Origin: Candidatus Nanopusillus sp.
GTDB lineage: Archaea; Nanobdellota; Nanobdellia; Nanobdellales; Nanobdellaceae
Assembly: GCA_028275885.1 (NCBI GenBank)
Contig: JAPWTW010000001.1
Coordinates: 1-32,000 of the forward strand
Reading direction: 5' to 3'
Length of the DNA stretch: 32,000 nucleotides
A program made the translations under genes and the position numbers. Below the pieces are notes generated by a model. That model was not told the origin of the DNA. It did not search any database and worked only from the letters and a program-made list of their open reading frames with translations. Positions 31,152-32,000 of the stretch are shown piece by piece (the first letter of the stretch is position 1; every line of letters starts with the position of its first letter).

Positions 31152-32000
31152 ATGGCACCTGAAGATAATCAAAATAATCAAAAAGAATTAAAATTAAAAG
31201 TTGCAGAAGCTATTCAAAATGATTTGTATAGAGGAATTGTTAGGATTGATGCTGAAGCTATGAAAGAGCTTGGAATAAGAATTGGAGATATTGTTGAAAT
31301 TGAAGGAAAGAAGAAAACAGTTGCAATTGCCCAATTATTACCCCCTCAAGATTATGGTCTTGGAATAATTAGGATGGATGGTATTATAAGAAAAAATGCA
31401 AATGCCACATTGGGAGGGTATGTTACTGTAAGAAAAGCTAATGTAAGAGAAGCACAAAAGGTTGTATTAGCTCCAGCAGCAAAAGGAGTTGTATATCAAT
31501 TTACTACTGGTACTATAAGTTATATAAGAAGATTGTTAGACGGAAGACCAGTTGTAAAAGGAGACAATATTGTTATATTGACAGGATATAGAAGGAAATT
31601 TGATTTATTAGATGATGAATTTGGATTTTCAATATTTTCAGATCTGTTTCCTACTTTTGGATTTTCAAATGAATTTAGATTTAATGTTGTAAATGTAGTT
31701 CCAAAAGGTGCAGTAGTTATAACTGAAAATACAGATATAGAAATATTACCACATGCTGTAGAAACAAGGGGAGAAATACCAGAAGTTACTTATGAAGATA
31801 TAGGTGATATGGAAGAAGTTGTTCAAAAAGTAAGAGAGCTTGTAGAATTACCATTAAAATATCCAGAATTGTTTGAAAAACTTGGTATAGAACCTCCAAA
31901 AGGTATATTATTATATGGTCCTCCAGGTACTGGTAAAACATTATTAGCAAAAGCAGTTGCAAATGAAAGTGGGGCATATTTTATTGCAATAAATGGACCA
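31152..32000 (+). CDS. cdc48: CDC48/VCP-like AAA+ ATPase (VAT), 5' part, continues beyond the right edge
   Basis: This ORF is absent from the ORF track because it has no stop in the window. The frame from ATG 31152 is open for 283 codons. The N-domain reads '[44 protein letters not shown]...[25 protein letters not shown]'. It is followed by '[61 protein letters not shown]' (D1 Walker A). Confidence 0.93.
   Translation, partial: MAPEDNQNNQKELKLKVAEAIQNDLYRGIVRIDAEAMKELGIRIGDIVEIEGKKKTVAIAQLLPPQDYGLGIIRMDGIIRKNANATLGGYVTVRKANVREAQKVVLAPAAKGVVYQFTTGTISYIRRLLDGRPVVKGDNIVILTGYRRKFDLLDDEFGFSIFSDLFPTFGFSNEFRFNVVNVVPKGAVVITENTDIEILPHAVETRGEIPEVTYEDIGDMEEVVQKVRELVELPLKYPELFEKLGIEPPKGILLYGPPGTGKTLLAKAVANESGAYFIAINGP

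Noticed and set aside
31129-31191. A Shine-Dalgarno-like AGGTGA (31129-31134) lies 9 nt upstream of an ATG at 31144. That ATG opens a 15-codon uORF ([15 protein letters not shown]) overlapping the cdc48 start at 31152.
   Set aside because: The cdc48 N-terminus from 31152 aligns sensibly with VAT/CDC48 N-domains, so no frameshift is needed. Short ATG-initiated ORFs are frequent by chance at this composition. Other genes here show no SD usage. It is not testable from sequence alone.
31786-31977. 63-aa minus-strand ORF from the track
   Set aside because: It is antisense to the CDC48 D1 domain, whose + strand frame encodes '[22 protein letters not shown]'. It is a shadow ORF.
1-32000. CRISPR arrays, IS elements/transposases, integrases, prophage or toxin-antitoxin/defence cassettes
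   Set aside because: Reading both strands revealed no regularly spaced direct repeats, terminal inverted repeats, DDE/serine/tyrosine recombinase motifs or recognisable defence-gene motifs. The tRNA genes are intact with no adjacent partial duplicate (no att-like repeat seen).

Overview
Very AT-rich (by eye about one quarter G+C, not computed) and extremely gene-dense archaeal chromosomal segment. I can support about 35 protein-coding genes. One is a frameshifted pseudogene, two are cut by the window edges, and a few are short hypotheticals. There are also two tRNA genes (Pro-UGG, Arg-UCU) and one candidate box C/D sRNA. I saw no rRNA, CRISPR array, transposase, integrase or recognisable defence gene. 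Most of the content is housekeeping:
- TyrRS, MetRS and AspRS
- ribosomal proteins L3, LX/L18Ae, L31e, L18e, L13 and S9
- aIF6 and prefoldin alpha
- tRNA methyltransferases Trm5, Trm1 and TrmJ
- Hef helicase/nuclease, a DHH phosphoesterase, an AEP primase and an EndoIII-like glycosylase
- dCTP deaminase, thymidylate synthase and the start of a CDC48 gene
- an M1 aminopeptidase and a rhomboid protease
- a euryarchaeal-type archaellum accessory/motor operon (FlaC/D/E, FlaF/G-like, FlaH, FlaI)

Genes from 15097 to 28860 all lie on the minus strand, with many 1-11 nt overlaps. Several features point by inference to a small-genome thermophilic archaeon of the Nanoarchaeota/DPANN kind: G-C-rich tRNA stems in an AT-rich genome, scattered ribosomal protein genes, tiny promoter spacers and long N/K/I/Y/E-rich insertions in conserved enzymes. 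I found no clear self-contained novel system. The most interesting items are:
1. A thymidylate synthase flanked by MtrA-like and DUF4346-like domains.
2. A candidate C/D sRNA with a compensated A/A change in its terminal kink-turn.
3. A membrane GT2 glycosyltransferase broken by two homopolymer frameshifts.
4. A sequon-dense CWB2-like protein with no signal peptide.
5. A PriS-like primase with an extra cysteine-free C-terminal domain.
6. An archaellum operon lacking FlaJ and archaellin genes.

All family assignments come from motif recognition by eye. No database search was possible.
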